Shown here: piece by piece, positions 20,788-31,253 of the stretch
Numbering within the stretch: position 1 is the stretch's first letter
How the letters are laid out: every line of letters starts with the position of its first letter
Origin: Hirschia sp.
Lineage (GTDB): Bacteria > Pseudomonadota > Alphaproteobacteria > Caulobacterales > Hyphomonadaceae
Direction: 5' to 3'
Assembly: GCA_002709235.1 (NCBI GenBank)
Contig: PAQI01000010.1
Span: 200,278 to 264,277 of the forward strand
Length of the DNA stretch: 64,000 bases
Program-made: the position numbers and the translations under genes
The notes under the pieces: model-generated
Databases searched by the model: none
The model's input: only the letters and a program-made list of their open reading frames with translations
Told to the model about the DNA's origin: nothing

Positions 20788-21563
20788 AGTGAGAACTCAC
20801 CAATAATAGGCACGTGGTCAGATGGCTTCTCCATCGCGCGCGCAACCTTGTGAATTGCAACAGATTCCAGCCGGTCAGCAGCCTGAGGGCTCAACAATAA
20901 ATGGTCGATCCGGATGCCGTGGTCCTTTTGCCATGCACCGCGCTGATAATCCCAGAAAGTATATTGATGCCCACGTGCATCACGCACTTCAAATGCATCG
21001 ACCAACCCCAACCACAACAGCTCTCTGAAAGCAGCGCGCGTATCTGGAAAGATAAGGGCATCATCAGCCCAGACAGCCGGGTCCCAGCAATCCTCATCGC
21101 GCGGAATGCAATTATAGTCTCCTGCCAGAATGAGGGGTTCTTCGGCCTTCAGAAGTTCAGCAGCGCGCGCTTTCAGTCGCTTCATCCAGTCCAGCTTGTA
21201 GTCATATTTCGGGCCGGGACGTGGATTTCCATTCGGCAGATATATGGTCGCGACACGGCAGGGTGTCTCGCTCAGTATGGTTGCCTCAATATAGCGCGCC
21301 TGGTCATCATCTTCATCGCCAGGCAGACCGGTCTGAACATCTTCAATCTGATATTTGGACAGAATGGCGACGCCATTATAGCTCTTCTGGCCGTGCGCGA
21401 TGACATTGTAGCCAAGGTCCTCGATTTCCAGATAGGGAAACTTCTGTGTCTCGCACTTGATCTCCTGCAGGCAGACCACGTCAGGAGATACGTCCTTCAA
21501 CACATTGAGGACCGTTGGCAGTCGGGCACCGACCGAATTCACATTCCAGGAAGCGATTTTCAT
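20784..21563 (-). CDS. xthA: Exodeoxyribonuclease III
   Basis: The MKIASWNVNS start, the catalytic VVCLQEIK motif and the C-terminal SDHVPI motif are present. Length is 259 aa. Confidence 0.92.
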   Translation of the reverse strand: MKIASWNVNSVGARLPTVLNVLKDVSPDVVCLQEIKCETQKFPYLEIEDLGYNVIAHGQKSYNGVAILSKYQIEDVQTGLPGDEDDDQARYIEATILSETPCRVATIYLPNGNPRPGPKYDYKLDWMKRLKARAAELLKAEEPLILAGDYNCIPRDEDCWDPAVWADDALIFPDTRAAFRELLWLGLVDAFEVRDARGHQYTFWDYQRGAWQKDHGIRIDHLLLSPQAADRLESVAIHKVARAMEKPSDHVPIIGEFSL

Positions 21564-21625
21564 AAGGACCGATTATCAGGCTTCACCAATGAGCGCCAGC
21601 TCCCGGCGAAGCCCTTGTCGTCGCA

Positions 21626-24280
21626 TCACTTGAACAATTTGTTCAGTTCTTCCTTCAGCTTCTGCTTTGCGCGTTCTTCATCACTCATCTCAGTCTCGGT
21701 GGGAGTGGGGGAAGGAGTCGCTTCTGGTGCCGGTTCTACCTCAGGCGCAGCATCCTGATCTGTTGTGGAATTGTCGTTTGCAGGCGTTGGAGTTGGCGTA
21801 GGCGTTGGTTTGGGTGTCTTGATACCCAGAGCATCGCGTAACGCATCACCCGCAGCATTCTTGGCAGCATCTTCCATCGAACCACTTTCTCCATTGACGA
21901 TCTTGCCAAGATCGGAACCGCCCAATTGCTTGCCCAGCTCATTCTTGATGGCATCTCCGGCTGCTGCCTTGAGCTTGGTCTGAACCCAGCTCTGATCAAT
22001 GCCCAGCTTCAGACCACCGCCCCAGGGACCGGTGAGTGTGAGAGGCGGGAATTCTCCATTCAGTCCCTTCTTTCCAGAAGGGTCTGTCGGCGTCAGGGAG
22101 AGCCCGAGATTCCGACCGCCAATATCCAGTTTGATTGCGCCAGGAATACGCAGGTCATCGGTCTTGAACACGAACCCCTTTGAGGTGGCAACGCCGTTCT
22201 GGATGCCGAAACTGGATGAGAAATTCTTGACCTCGGTAGACGCGTCCTGCGACAGAAAGCTCTTCCAGTTCCCAGACACAAAGCTGTCGAGAGACAATGT
22301 CTGAAACTTGTTCAGGTCGATGCCCTGAATGGCACCGTCATCGATTACGACATTGGCCGAACCTGATAGCGTTTTCATCAAGTCGGCCATTGTCGCACCC
22401 TGTCCGGTAAAGGACAGCTTGAGCTGTCCATCGCCCTGGATAAGGTTCAACTGTGCAAGCGCGCCGAGAAATGGCTGGAAGCTGACATTGTCGATGTCGA
22501 GATTCACATCAAATGTCGGAACCCCGTTTTGCGTGCGAGCCGTTACCTTTGCCCCGCCGATACCGCCATAAAAGTTTGTTTCCTCCAGATTGCCGACCAG
22601 CACGCCATTTTCGACCGTGAGGCGCGCTCTCGTCTTGCCAAAGTCCAGCACTTGAAACTTCAACGCCTCGATAGCCAGTCCGACATCGACCTGCACGTCA
22701 TTGAGGAAAGCGAGTTCCAGCGGTGTGTTTTCCCACCCGGTGGACTTCTTGGCTTGCGATTCTTCCTTCACCGCGCCTGACGCGACGGCATAGGGGGTCG
22801 CATCGATCTTGCCGGTCGTCAGATTGCCGGTCACTGACAATGGCTGATCAGGCGTCAGATCAAGTGCCATCGTGCCTTTACCTGTGATGTCATCGAAATT
22901 GACTACGGCATCACTCACCTTGATCTGGGTTAGGGAACCGCTGGCTGCACCAGACATTGAGAACGAGCGATAAATGGTGTCTCCGGCAGGCAATTCCACC
23001 GCTGCGCTCGTGGCGAGCGCGCGAAGCCTGGGGGCCGCGATATTGAACGGTCCGGAAAATGTCAGTTGGGGATCGCCACCTTCTGGCAGTTTCAGGCCTG
23101 CACGCCCATCAAATCCGATAGTCAGCAGGTCACTCTTGTGACTGAACTTCATGTTTGAAAATTGAAGATTGTCCATCACGCCGGTCACTGCGGTGGAAAA
23201 AGAAGCGCGACCCAAAGCGGATTTGGCCGGAAGCTCTATTTCGGCGACATCAGCGAGTTTCTGAAGGTCTTCCGCCACGATATCGAGAGTCAAATCTGTA
23301 TTGATGACATCCGTGAGCTTGACGGTGCCAGCACCCTTGGCGCTGAACATGCCCTCGGAGTGTGAAAAATTGTCGAGCTTGATTGTCAGATTGTCCATTG
23401 CGCCAGATGCGTGGCCGGACGCTTTCAATGCACCTAGCGCTTGTGCGAATGGAAGGTCCTCAACACCTGCAAAGCCTGCCAGTTTCGTGATGTTGGGGGC
23501 GTTGGTGTCAAAATCCAGATCAAGCGCAACAACCTCTCCAAGTGTCATCTTGCCATTTATTGAAGCGCTCAGAAGATCAGTGGTGAACGACCCATCAATG
23601 GAGGTTGGCTGATTCTCGATGATGTCCTGAAGAGCGCCAACCTTGATGTCCAGACTGAATGGCAGGTCATCCGCCACACCGTCTCCCTTGAAGGACAAGG
23701 GTGAGGTGAGGTCATCCATCCCGATGACAATATTCAGGTCTTTCAGATCATGAGTCTGCCCGGCTGCGCGATCCTCATAGGAGACCGACCCGTTGATGAG
23801 GCGAACGTCTCCCAGAGTGGCGGCAAAATCCTTGCTCGCCTGGTCATCAGCTGGTTTTTCATCGGGCGTGGCAGCCTCATCCGTCACGAAGGTCCAGTTG
23901 TTGGTGCCGTCTTCGAGTTGCACCAGTCGAATGGTTGGGTCAGCCAGGACAAATTCATCGATTTCGACACGCCGCGACAGCAATGGCCACAATTTGACGA
24001 CGGCTCGTAGCTCACTCATTTCTGCGAAGGGTTGATCTCCGAAACCTTCCGGATTGGCAATCTGAGCAGATCCGACGGTGGCCTGAATGCGGGGGAAGAT
24101 CCCAAGCTTGACGTCACCAGCAAGAGTGACATCCCGTTGAAGCGCATTTTCGGCGGCTTCCTCGATCTTCTGTTTGTAGACCTCGCCAGGTATCAGGAAT
24201 GTCGCAGCAATAACTGCGCCGACCAGAACGATAGCAATGGCAAGAATGACCAGGAATATTCGACGCATGAAAGGCCTCAA
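21626..24280 (-). CDS. asmA: AsmA-family outer-membrane biogenesis protein
   Basis: The 884 aa protein has an N-terminal TM anchor plus an AsmA N-domain (DVKLGIFPRIQA...). A long beta-rich repeat body follows. The C-terminus has a TPKPTPTPTPTPAN linker and a charged helix. Confidence 0.82.
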   Translation of the reverse strand: MRPFMRRIFLVILAIAIVLVGAVIAATFLIPGEVYKQKIEEAAENALQRDVTLAGDVKLGIFPRIQATVGSAQIANPEGFGDQPFAEMSELRAVVKLWPLLSRRVEIDEFVLADPTIRLVQLEDGTNNWTFVTDEAATPDEKPADDQASKDFAATLGDVRLINGSVSYEDRAAGQTHDLKDLNIVIGMDDLTSPLSFKGDGVADDLPFSLDIKVGALQDIIENQPTSIDGSFTTDLLSASINGKMTLGEVVALDLDFDTNAPNITKLAGFAGVEDLPFAQALGALKASGHASGAMDNLTIKLDNFSHSEGMFSAKGAGTVKLTDVINTDLTLDIVAEDLQKLADVAEIELPAKSALGRASFSTAVTGVMDNLQFSNMKFSHKSDLLTIGFDGRAGLKLPEGGDPQLTFSGPFNIAAPRLRALATSAAVELPAGDTIYRSFSMSGAASGSLTQIKVSDAVVNFDDITGKGTMALDLTPDQPLSVTGNLTTGKIDATPYAVASGAVKEESQAKKSTGWENTPLELAFLNDVQVDVGLAIEALKFQVLDFGKTRARLTVENGVLVGNLEETNFYGGIGGAKVTARTQNGVPTFDVNLDIDNVSFQPFLGALAQLNLIQGDGQLKLSFTGQGATMADLMKTLSGSANVVIDDGAIQGIDLNKFQTLSLDSFVSGNWKSFLSQDASTEVKNFSSSFGIQNGVATSKGFVFKTDDLRIPGAIKLDIGGRNLGLSLTPTDPSGKKGLNGEFPPLTLTGPWGGGLKLGIDQSWVQTKLKAAAGDAIKNELGKQLGGSDLGKIVNGESGSMEDAAKNAAGDALRDALGIKTPKPTPTPTPTPANDNSTTDQDAAPEVEPAPEATPSPTPTETEMSDEERAKQKLKEELNKLFK

Positions 24281-24732
24281 TTGGGAGCGTTTGATACAAC
24301 TCTACACGCTGAATATGGTGTTGTGATGTCAGCCAGTGGGCAACACATATGTGGGTGAATTCGCCTTTCATTGAAAGGAGTTTCAACATGTCGGGCATGA
24401 TCGAGCATTTCAAGACACGCAAGAGTGTCCTGAATTGTATCGTAAATAGCCAATTGGATGAATGTCAAAACGCATTCTACGCCAACGAGTAGAACTTTCA
24501 TCGGTTCCAATTGTCGATATGGTTCAATTGTTGCTAGGAATTCATCCGTAGACGCCATTCAGCGTCGGGGATCGTGCGTTTCGAATATCTGGTTTCCTGA
24601 AATCAGTGTGAAATAGAGCCACAATTTCCGCAAAGTGAATTGTTGCTGTCTTCTTGTTTAGTGACCACAGGTGCCAAAACCTCTGAATGTTCGGAAGTTT
24701 TTGCGGTGGTAAGGAATATTGGGCGCGCCGGT

Positions 24733-25623
24733 ATGGGCTTTGGCTTTGGCAGCATCATAGACGCATGGTACGACGCACGCCGTGTCGTATTGGAGCGCTA
24801 TTTTGACACGCGCGATGAGGTTGCCCTCAGATATCACGCCCTGCGGGACATGATCCGCACACACAAACCGACGTCCAGGATAGAATATATCGAGCCTCCG
24901 ATTACCAGAGTGCCCGAAGGGGTAACGGTATATGCGATAGGTGATGTACACGGTCGTGCTGACCTTCTCAGGAAGCTCACCGATATGATCCTTGAAGATG
25001 CGTCCCGTCAGGAAGATCCCAATCACCGGCATGCAGTCGTGTTTCTCGGTGATTATATTGATCGCGGCTTCCAATCCCGTGAGGTGATCGATCTTCTGGT
25101 GAGCGATGTCTTCAACGGGTTTGAAACTCGGTTCCTGAAGGGAAATCACGAAGAAGCCCTGCAGACCTTTCTGATCGATTCCTCCATGGGGCCGAAATGG
25201 GCCAATTTTGGTGGCATTGAAACATTGGTGTCTTACAATGTTCAGCCGCCGCGGTCCCGGGAAAGCCTGGAAGAATGGGAACGGGCCCGTCAGTCTCTCG
25301 TGCAGCAAATGCCCGACCTGCACCGCGATTTTCTCGACAATCTCGAACTGTGTCTTGTTCTGGGAGATTATGCGTTTGTGCATGCAGGCCTGCGTCCCGG
25401 CCGACCGTTGGAAGAGCAATCTGAAAGCGATCTTCTCTGGATTCGTGATGAGTTCCTGAATGACAGCCGCCCCTTCGAGAATATTGTTGTTCACGGCCAC
25501 ACTCCAATCGACACACCGCATCGTGATTACAGGCGTATCGGCGTGGACACCGGGGCGTATATGAGTGGTCAGCTCAGCGCCGTTCGGTTGTGCGGAGAGG
25601 ACGTCTCCTTCCTGTCGACCTGA
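24733..25623 (+). CDS. Metallophosphoesterase (ApaH/PrpA-type Ser/Thr protein phosphatase)
   Basis: The calcineurin-like phosphoesterase motifs GDVHG, GDYIDRG, GNHE and FVHAG are all present. Confidence 0.75.
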   Translation: MGFGFGSIIDAWYDARRVVLERYFDTRDEVALRYHALRDMIRTHKPTSRIEYIEPPITRVPEGVTVYAIGDVHGRADLLRKLTDMILEDASRQEDPNHRHAVVFLGDYIDRGFQSREVIDLLVSDVFNGFETRFLKGNHEEALQTFLIDSSMGPKWANFGGIETLVSYNVQPPRSRESLEEWERARQSLVQQMPDLHRDFLDNLELCLVLGDYAFVHAGLRPGRPLEEQSESDLLWIRDEFLNDSRPFENIVVHGHTPIDTPHRDYRRIGVDTGAYMSGQLSAVRLCGEDVSFLST

Positions 25624-25679
25624 GTCTCATTCGTGGAATATAGCTTGTCAGACGAATGGGCGGGCTGCACTGTTGCGAT

Positions 25680-26606
25680 ATGAATCGGCGCTTTGACCTC
25701 AATCTTCTGACAACGTTCGACGCCCTTTGGCGTGAACGAAACGTGACGCGGGCTGCCAAACGCCTGAATGTCACCCAGCCAGCTGTGTCCAATGCCCTGT
25801 CCCGGTTGCGCGAAGCCTTCAATGATGAATTGTTCATTCGCACGCCAAGCGGCGTTGAGCCTACTGAGCGCTGCGTTGAAATTTCAGCAGAACTCAAACT
25901 TGCGCTCCAGCATGTCGAAAAGGCGCTGGCCCCGACGGACAGTTTTGACCCGCTGACCTCCGAACGTGTCTTTCGCATTGGGGCGATGGATTATTTCGAT
26001 CATGTCGTCCTGCCGCCTCTGATGCAGGCGCTTGCGACGCTGGCACCGAAGGTCGATTTGCGTGTTGTGCCATTGTCCTATCTGAACAGCTATAGCGAAC
26101 TGGATACCGGAGAACTCGACTTCAAATTCGTGGATGGAGAAGACCCGCCCAAACGGATCAGCTTTGAACGCATGTTCGAGGAAAAATTCGTGATGCTGAT
26201 GTCGGACAAGCATTCCTTTGCTGACAAGAACATCACCCTGGAAGACTATTCAAATTTCAAGCACATCGTATTTTCAACGCGTGGTGATGGCACGACGTCA
26301 ATTGATGACATTCTGGCGCATGAAGGCCTGTCACGCAGAGTTGCCCTGACGTCTGCGCACCACACATCGATCGTGGTAACAGTGCGCTCTACAGACATGG
26401 TCGCAATGTCGCCCAGTCGTCTGGCGCGACGCTTTGTTGAACGTGGTGGCCTGATCGCACGCCGGGCTCCGCTACATCTTGATGGCTTTGAGCTGAAACT
26501 GTTCTGGAGCCGCAGGTTGAATACCGATCCTGGCGCTATGTGGTTGCGCTCAGTGATACGCGATGTCTGCACGGCGACACCTTTATATGATCCCGAGATC
26601 GTTTGA
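25680..26606 (+). CDS. LysR-family transcriptional regulator
   Basis: There is an N-terminal wHTH (LNLLTTFDALWRERNVTRAAKRLNVTQPAVSNALSRLRE) and a LysR substrate-binding domain. Confidence 0.85.
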   Translation: MNRRFDLNLLTTFDALWRERNVTRAAKRLNVTQPAVSNALSRLREAFNDELFIRTPSGVEPTERCVEISAELKLALQHVEKALAPTDSFDPLTSERVFRIGAMDYFDHVVLPPLMQALATLAPKVDLRVVPLSYLNSYSELDTGELDFKFVDGEDPPKRISFERMFEEKFVMLMSDKHSFADKNITLEDYSNFKHIVFSTRGDGTTSIDDILAHEGLSRRVALTSAHHTSIVVTVRSTDMVAMSPSRLARRFVERGGLIARRAPLHLDGFELKLFWSRRLNTDPGAMWLRSVIRDVCTATPLYDPEIV

Positions 26607-27794
26607 TCATGTCCTGAGTGCGCTGGTAAATGCCTGTGCAAGATCCTGCTTCAGGTCTTCGGGATCTTCCAGCCCGATGGCGAGCCGGATGATCGGTTTG
26701 TTGCTTGGCGGTGTCGTCGCGCTGCGCTTCAACTGAGGCCCGCAATTGATGGCAAGGCTCTCAAATCCGCCATAAGAAAAGCCTAGCCCGAAGAGCTCCA
26801 ATGCGTTCAGGAAAGCCAGGTCTGTTCCATCATCTGCTGCGTTTATCGAAAAGGCGAACAATCCCGACGCGCCTGTGAAGTCGCGCTTCCAGAGCTGATG
26901 GTAAGCATCGGTTTCCAGGGCAGGGTGAAAGACCTGCTCCACTTCTGGAAGCTCATTCAACCATCTGGCAATATCCAGAGCGCTTTGCTGATGGCGCTGC
27001 ATTCTGACCGTCAATGTGCGCAATCCTCGCAATAGCAGATAAGCGTCATCGGCAGAGGTGAACAGGCCCAGATCGGCAGAGGCTTCAGTGAGTTTGCTGA
27101 AGATCCGTTTGTCCTTGACCAGAATAGCCCCGGAAAAGCTGTCTGCATGGCCCACGGCGTATTTTGTGGTGGCCAGAATGGACATGTCCACGCCCAGATC
27201 CAGAGGGTTCAGATAGACGCCCGCTGACCAGGAATTGTCGAGCGCTGTCAGGACTTCGCGTTTTCGGGCGACCTCCACGATCGCGCGTATGTCCGGCATT
27301 TCAAATGTCAGAGAACCGGGTGATTCAAGGATGATCAGCTTTGTGTTGTCCTGGATAAGCCCTTCAATGTCGGCGCCGATATCGGCGTTGTAATAGCTGA
27401 CCTGCCCCCCCAGGCGCTTCAGGGATCGCTCACAATAGCGCCGGGTTGGTCCATAGACATTGCCGGGCAGGAGCACATGATCGCCCGCGCCAACAAAAGT
27501 GAAGATTGGCAGCGTGCAGGCAAGAAGCCCCGATTCGACGAGAATACAGTGATCGGCTTTTTCGAGCGTGCACAGAGCGGCCTTTGCTGCGTCATGCACG
27601 TCCATGCCTTGCAGGCCATAGGTCTTTATGCCGGGTGCATAAAGGTCTTCTGCCTTGTTGACCAACAGGGTGGATGCGCGCTGCGGTGCCAGATTGATCG
27701 CATGAGAGGGCGCACCATCCGGTCTGCCGGTATGGGTCAGGCGGGTCTCGAGCGCTTTGGATTTCAAGCGTTGGTCTTTGGGCTGAGTACTCAA
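26607..27794 (-). CDS. metC: Cystathionine beta-lyase
   Basis: The 395 aa protein is collinear with E. coli MetC as recalled from memory. It has the PLP Lys region ATKYAVGHAD, WKRDFTGASGLF and a C-terminal IRLxIGLEDxEDLxxDL. Confidence 0.82.
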   Translation of the reverse strand: MSTQPKDQRLKSKALETRLTHTGRPDGAPSHAINLAPQRASTLLVNKAEDLYAPGIKTYGLQGMDVHDAAKAALCTLEKADHCILVESGLLACTLPIFTFVGAGDHVLLPGNVYGPTRRYCERSLKRLGGQVSYYNADIGADIEGLIQDNTKLIILESPGSLTFEMPDIRAIVEVARKREVLTALDNSWSAGVYLNPLDLGVDMSILATTKYAVGHADSFSGAILVKDKRIFSKLTEASADLGLFTSADDAYLLLRGLRTLTVRMQRHQQSALDIARWLNELPEVEQVFHPALETDAYHQLWKRDFTGASGLFAFSINAADDGTDLAFLNALELFGLGFSYGGFESLAINCGPQLKRSATTPPSNKPIIRLAIGLEDPEDLKQDLAQAFTSALRT

Positions 27795-27806
27795 GGTGTC
27801 ATCCAG

Positions 27807-28682
27807 TCAATCGGTCACAAATGGGCAATCTGCCGCCTGGCCCCATTCGGACCACGACCCATCATAGAGGGCCACATCATCCTGTCCGAGCGATGCAAGG
27901 GCGAGCGAGATGATCGCAGCCGTCACGCCCGAACCACAGGTGGTGATGAACTGGCCATTCTCGACATCGACGCCGATAGTATCAAACAGGGCCTTGAGTT
28001 CAGCATTGGATTTGAACAAGCCATCCTCATTGATGAATTCGCCTGACGGGACATTCAATGCATTCGGCATATGGCCAGAACTGAGCCCAGCGCGAGGCTC
28101 AGGGGCACTTCCTGAAAAACGCGCCTGTGATCGCGCATCAAGAATGATCCGGGAGTTCTGGCGAACATCGTTTTGGACCTGGTCGAGACGCGCCAGCAGT
28201 TCAGGGCGGAAACTGGCAGAATAGTCTGAAGGAATGGCGTTCCCGGTAGACTGGGCACCGGTCGAGGTTTTTCCTCCCGCCGCCAACCAGGCCTTCAGGC
28301 CTCCATTGAGTACAGCGACACGCTCATGTCCCATGACGCGCATCATCCACCATGCACGCGCCGAGGCTACATAGTTGTTCTGGTCATAACACACCACAAA
28401 CTGGTCATTGCGCACGCCCAGCTCACTCAGCGCCTGCCCGAATTCAATAGGCGTTGGCAGCATGTGAGGCAAATCGCTGGATTGATCGGCAATCGCGTCG
28501 ATATCAAAGAACTGCGCATGGGCGATGTGCTGTTTGTCAAACAGCTCTCGTCCCTTGGTGTCCGGGTCCAGAAACGGCGCAATCCAGGTCGCATCCAGAA
28601 AGCAGACTTGCGGATCGTCGACCCGTTCAACCAGACTGTCGGCCTGGATCAGAGGGCCATTGAGTGTGTTTGCAGAAGCCAT
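27807..28682 (-). CDS. sseA: 3-mercaptopyruvate sulfurtransferase (tandem rhodanese)
   Basis: There are two rhodanese domains. The active-site loop is CGSGVTA. Confidence 0.85.
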   Translation of the reverse strand: MASANTLNGPLIQADSLVERVDDPQVCFLDATWIAPFLDPDTKGRELFDKQHIAHAQFFDIDAIADQSSDLPHMLPTPIEFGQALSELGVRNDQFVVCYDQNNYVASARAWWMMRVMGHERVAVLNGGLKAWLAAGGKTSTGAQSTGNAIPSDYSASFRPELLARLDQVQNDVRQNSRIILDARSQARFSGSAPEPRAGLSSGHMPNALNVPSGEFINEDGLFKSNAELKALFDTIGVDVENGQFITTCGSGVTAAIISLALASLGQDDVALYDGSWSEWGQAADCPFVTD

Positions 28683-28685
28683 GGA

Positions 28686-29690
28686 TCAATTATCCAGCCA
28701 GGAAGGGATGGGCAGTCCTTTTTCCCTCAGGAATTCAGGATTGTAGAGCTTTGACTGATAGCGGTTTCCATAATCGCACAGCATGGTGACGATGGTTTTT
28801 CCGGGGCCCATCTCCTTTGCCAGCGCCATTGCGCCTGCGATATTGATCCCGGCTGACCCACCCAGGCACATGCCTTCATTGATCGTCAGGTCGAACAGGG
28901 CTTCAAGAGCATCCGAGTCATGGATTCTGAAGGCTGAATCAAGTTCAAGGCCTTCCAGATTGGCGGTTATACGCCCCTGACCAATGCCTTCGGTTATGGA
29001 CGTGCCTTCTGATTTCAGCTCACCGTCCTTGTAATAGCCATAGAGCGCCGCGCCGCCGGGGTCGCTCAGCGCGCAGACAACACTCTTGTTGCGCTCCTTG
29101 AGGGCCATTGTAACGCCGGCCAGAGTGCCGCCAGATCCAACAGCGCAGGTGAAACCATCCACTTTGCCATCGGTTTGAGACCAGATTTCCGGACCCGTCG
29201 TGTCGAAATGGATTTGCCGGTTTGCGGTGTTGTCGAACTGGTTGGCCCACAACACGCCATTTGGTTCGGTAGCAGCACGTTCCTCTGCTACGCGCCGGGA
29301 GAAGTGCACATAATTATTGGGGTTCTTGTAGGGAACAGCATCGACTTCGATCAGTTCGGCACCGAGAATGCGAATGGCATCCTTCTTTTCCTGGCTCTGA
29401 GTTCGCGGCATGATGATGCAGGTGCGATAGCCCAATGCGTTGCCCACGACAGTCAGACCGATACCTGTGTTTCCCGCAGTCCCTTCAACGATCAGGCCGC
29501 CGGGCTTTAACAACCCCCTGGCCTCGGCATCGCGGATGATACCCAATGCAGCGCGGTCCTTGACGGATTGACCGGGGTTCAAGAACTCGGCCTTGCCCAG
29601 AATTGTGCACCCCGTGATTTCGGAAGCTTTCCTCAGCTTGATCAGAGGCGTGTTGCCAATGGCGTCAATAACGGAGTTTGCAATTGTCAT
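28686..29690 (-). CDS. Cysteine synthase / cystathionine beta-synthase-family PLP enzyme
   Basis: The PLP-Lys motif SVKDRAA and the glycine loop GTAGNTGIGL are present. The preferred start is ATG 29690 (MTIANSV). The track ORF begins at an upstream TTG. Confidence 0.8.
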   Translation of the reverse strand: MTIANSVIDAIGNTPLIKLRKASEITGCTILGKAEFLNPGQSVKDRAALGIIRDAEARGLLKPGGLIVEGTAGNTGIGLTVVGNALGYRTCIIMPRTQSQEKKDAIRILGAELIEVDAVPYKNPNNYVHFSRRVAEERAATEPNGVLWANQFDNTANRQIHFDTTGPEIWSQTDGKVDGFTCAVGSGGTLAGVTMALKERNKSVVCALSDPGGAALYGYYKDGELKSEGTSITEGIGQGRITANLEGLELDSAFRIHDSDALEALFDLTINEGMCLGGSAGINIAGAMALAKEMGPGKTIVTMLCDYGNRYQSKLYNPEFLREKGLPIPSWLDN

Positions 29691-29845
29691 GATCACGACC
29701 TTCTGAATTTTTGATCTGCCTATGAGAGTAGGGGGCGATGGCTCGCGGTTCAATTCTCATTCTGGTGATCTGGGCGTTTATCCTGCGCGTAAGCATGTCA
29801 CACAGCCGCTTTCTGCGCGCGCATCCATATGGGGTCTTTGACGAC

Positions 29846-30646
29846 ATGCCACGTATTCCGGCACATCCAGATAATGGCGCAGCCTGGATCACAGGTGCCA
29901 GCTCCGGCATTGGGGCAGCGCTCGCGGGTGAACTGCATTCGCGAGGCTGGTCTGTCGTTTTGAGTGCCCGCTCTGAATCCAGCTTGAATGAATTGGCCGC
30001 CAGGCTGGGTGACAGAGCCATGGCTGTGCCATGTGATGTCACGGACAAGGCTTCCATAGCTACCGCCGCAGCTCAGATACGCAGCAGGTTTCATAGAATT
30101 GGATTGGTGGTCTCAAACGCTGGCGTCTATGAGCCCTTTGAGGGCCAGAATTTCGACGCCGACCTGTTCAGGAAGACCATTGATGTCAATCTTGGAGGAG
30201 CTGCCCTGTTGGCTGAAGCCGTCCTGCCGGAAATGGCCCGCAATAAAGAGGGCCATTTTCACATCGTGTCATCTGCAACCGGATTTGGAGGCATGCCGAC
30301 CTGTTCTGCTTACGGAGCTTCCAAGGCAGGACTGATCAATATGGCCGAGTGTCTAAAACTGGAAATGAACCGCTTCAATGTCGGCATCTCCATCTCGACG
30401 CCAGGCTTCGTGGATACGCCTGCCCAGGCAGACACACCTTTTCCCAAGCCCTTCATGATTCAACCGTCCGAGGCTGCGATCAATATTGCCAATGCGGTTG
30501 AGCGTGGCGGTTTCGAAACGACATTTCCGAGGCGTTTCACATGGATATTGAAAGCAATCTACGCACTCCCCAGGCCGCTATATCTGCCGATTGTCAGGCG
30601 CTTCACCGGATGGAACAAGCCTGTAAAACCTAAAGACCTTGCCTGA
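29846..30646 (+). CDS. SDR-family short-chain dehydrogenase/reductase
   Basis: There is a TGASSGIG Rossmann motif and a catalytic YGASK. The start was chosen at ATG 29846. The upstream ORF extension overlaps the divergent cysK promoter. Confidence 0.8.
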   Translation: MPRIPAHPDNGAAWITGASSGIGAALAGELHSRGWSVVLSARSESSLNELAARLGDRAMAVPCDVTDKASIATAAAQIRSRFHRIGLVVSNAGVYEPFEGQNFDADLFRKTIDVNLGGAALLAEAVLPEMARNKEGHFHIVSSATGFGGMPTCSAYGASKAGLINMAECLKLEMNRFNVGISISTPGFVDTPAQADTPFPKPFMIQPSEAAINIANAVERGGFETTFPRRFTWILKAIYALPRPLYLPIVRRFTGWNKPVKPKDLA

Positions 30647-30658
30647 TATCGAGCCTGC

Positions 30659-31027
30659 CTAGCGCTTCTTCTTGTCCATGTGACGTTGCAGCAGTCTGAC
30701 ATTCATGAGGTTTGACTTGAAGGCCACGTCAAAGATGTCACCCAGTATAGGAATGGATCCGAATATCATGTCCAGAAGCCAGTTCCAGAGCATGCGGATA
30801 ATCAGGAAAAAGCCCGCACCTTCTCTCCATGCGCGGTAGATCAGATAGGCACCAATCCCACCCGATGCAGCATCACCCACACCCGGCACGAGCCCAATCA
30901 GACTGTCGAAACCAAACCTGATACCAAACAGCGAGAAACGCGTGTCCAGAAAGCGCGCTAGCGCCTCCAGACCCGCATCCTTGTTCGAAGATTCACGGGA
31001 ATACTCATCCCCTTTATCCCGTGGCAT
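30659..31027 (-). CDS. DUF4112 domain membrane protein
   Basis: The 122 aa protein has the conserved GLDSLIGLVPGVGD core. Confidence 0.55.
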   Translation of the reverse strand: MPRDKGDEYSRESSNKDAGLEALARFLDTRFSLFGIRFGFDSLIGLVPGVGDAASGGIGAYLIYRAWREGAGFFLIIRMLWNWLLDMIFGSIPILGDIFDVAFKSNLMNVRLLQRHMDKKKR

Positions 31028-31045
31028 ATATCAGTCCCGTAAGTG

Positions 31046-31222
31046 CTAGACCGTGCTCGGTGTCGAGCGGCGCGCGATGATCCAGATCGCGTGAACGATG
31101 CCGGGAATATACCCCAGAATGGTCAGCAATACATTGATCCAGAACTGTACACCAAGACCGACTTGCAGGAATACACCAAGTGGCGGCAAGAGGATGGCTA
31201 AAACGACCTTGAGAATATTCAT
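31046..31222 (-). CDS. YqaE/Pmp3 (UPF0057) small membrane proteolipid
   Basis: The sequence is MNILKVVLAILLPPLGVFLQVG...ILGYIPGIVHAIWII, with two TM helices. The start is taken at ATG 31222. Confidence 0.7.
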   Translation of the reverse strand: MNILKVVLAILLPPLGVFLQVGLGVQFWINVLLTILGYIPGIVHAIWIIARRSTPSTV

Positions 31223-31253
31223 GTATTCGCTCCCGTTTGAATGATTGTGTCTA

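Noticed and set aside
20901-21758. 285 aa plus-strand ORF overlapping xthA and the asmA 3' end
   Set aside because: It is a shadow ORF. xthA on the opposite strand has canonical ExoIII motifs.
24658-25521. 287 aa minus-strand ORF overlapping the metallophosphoesterase gene
   Set aside because: It is a shadow ORF of a gene with clear GDxHG/GNHE motifs.
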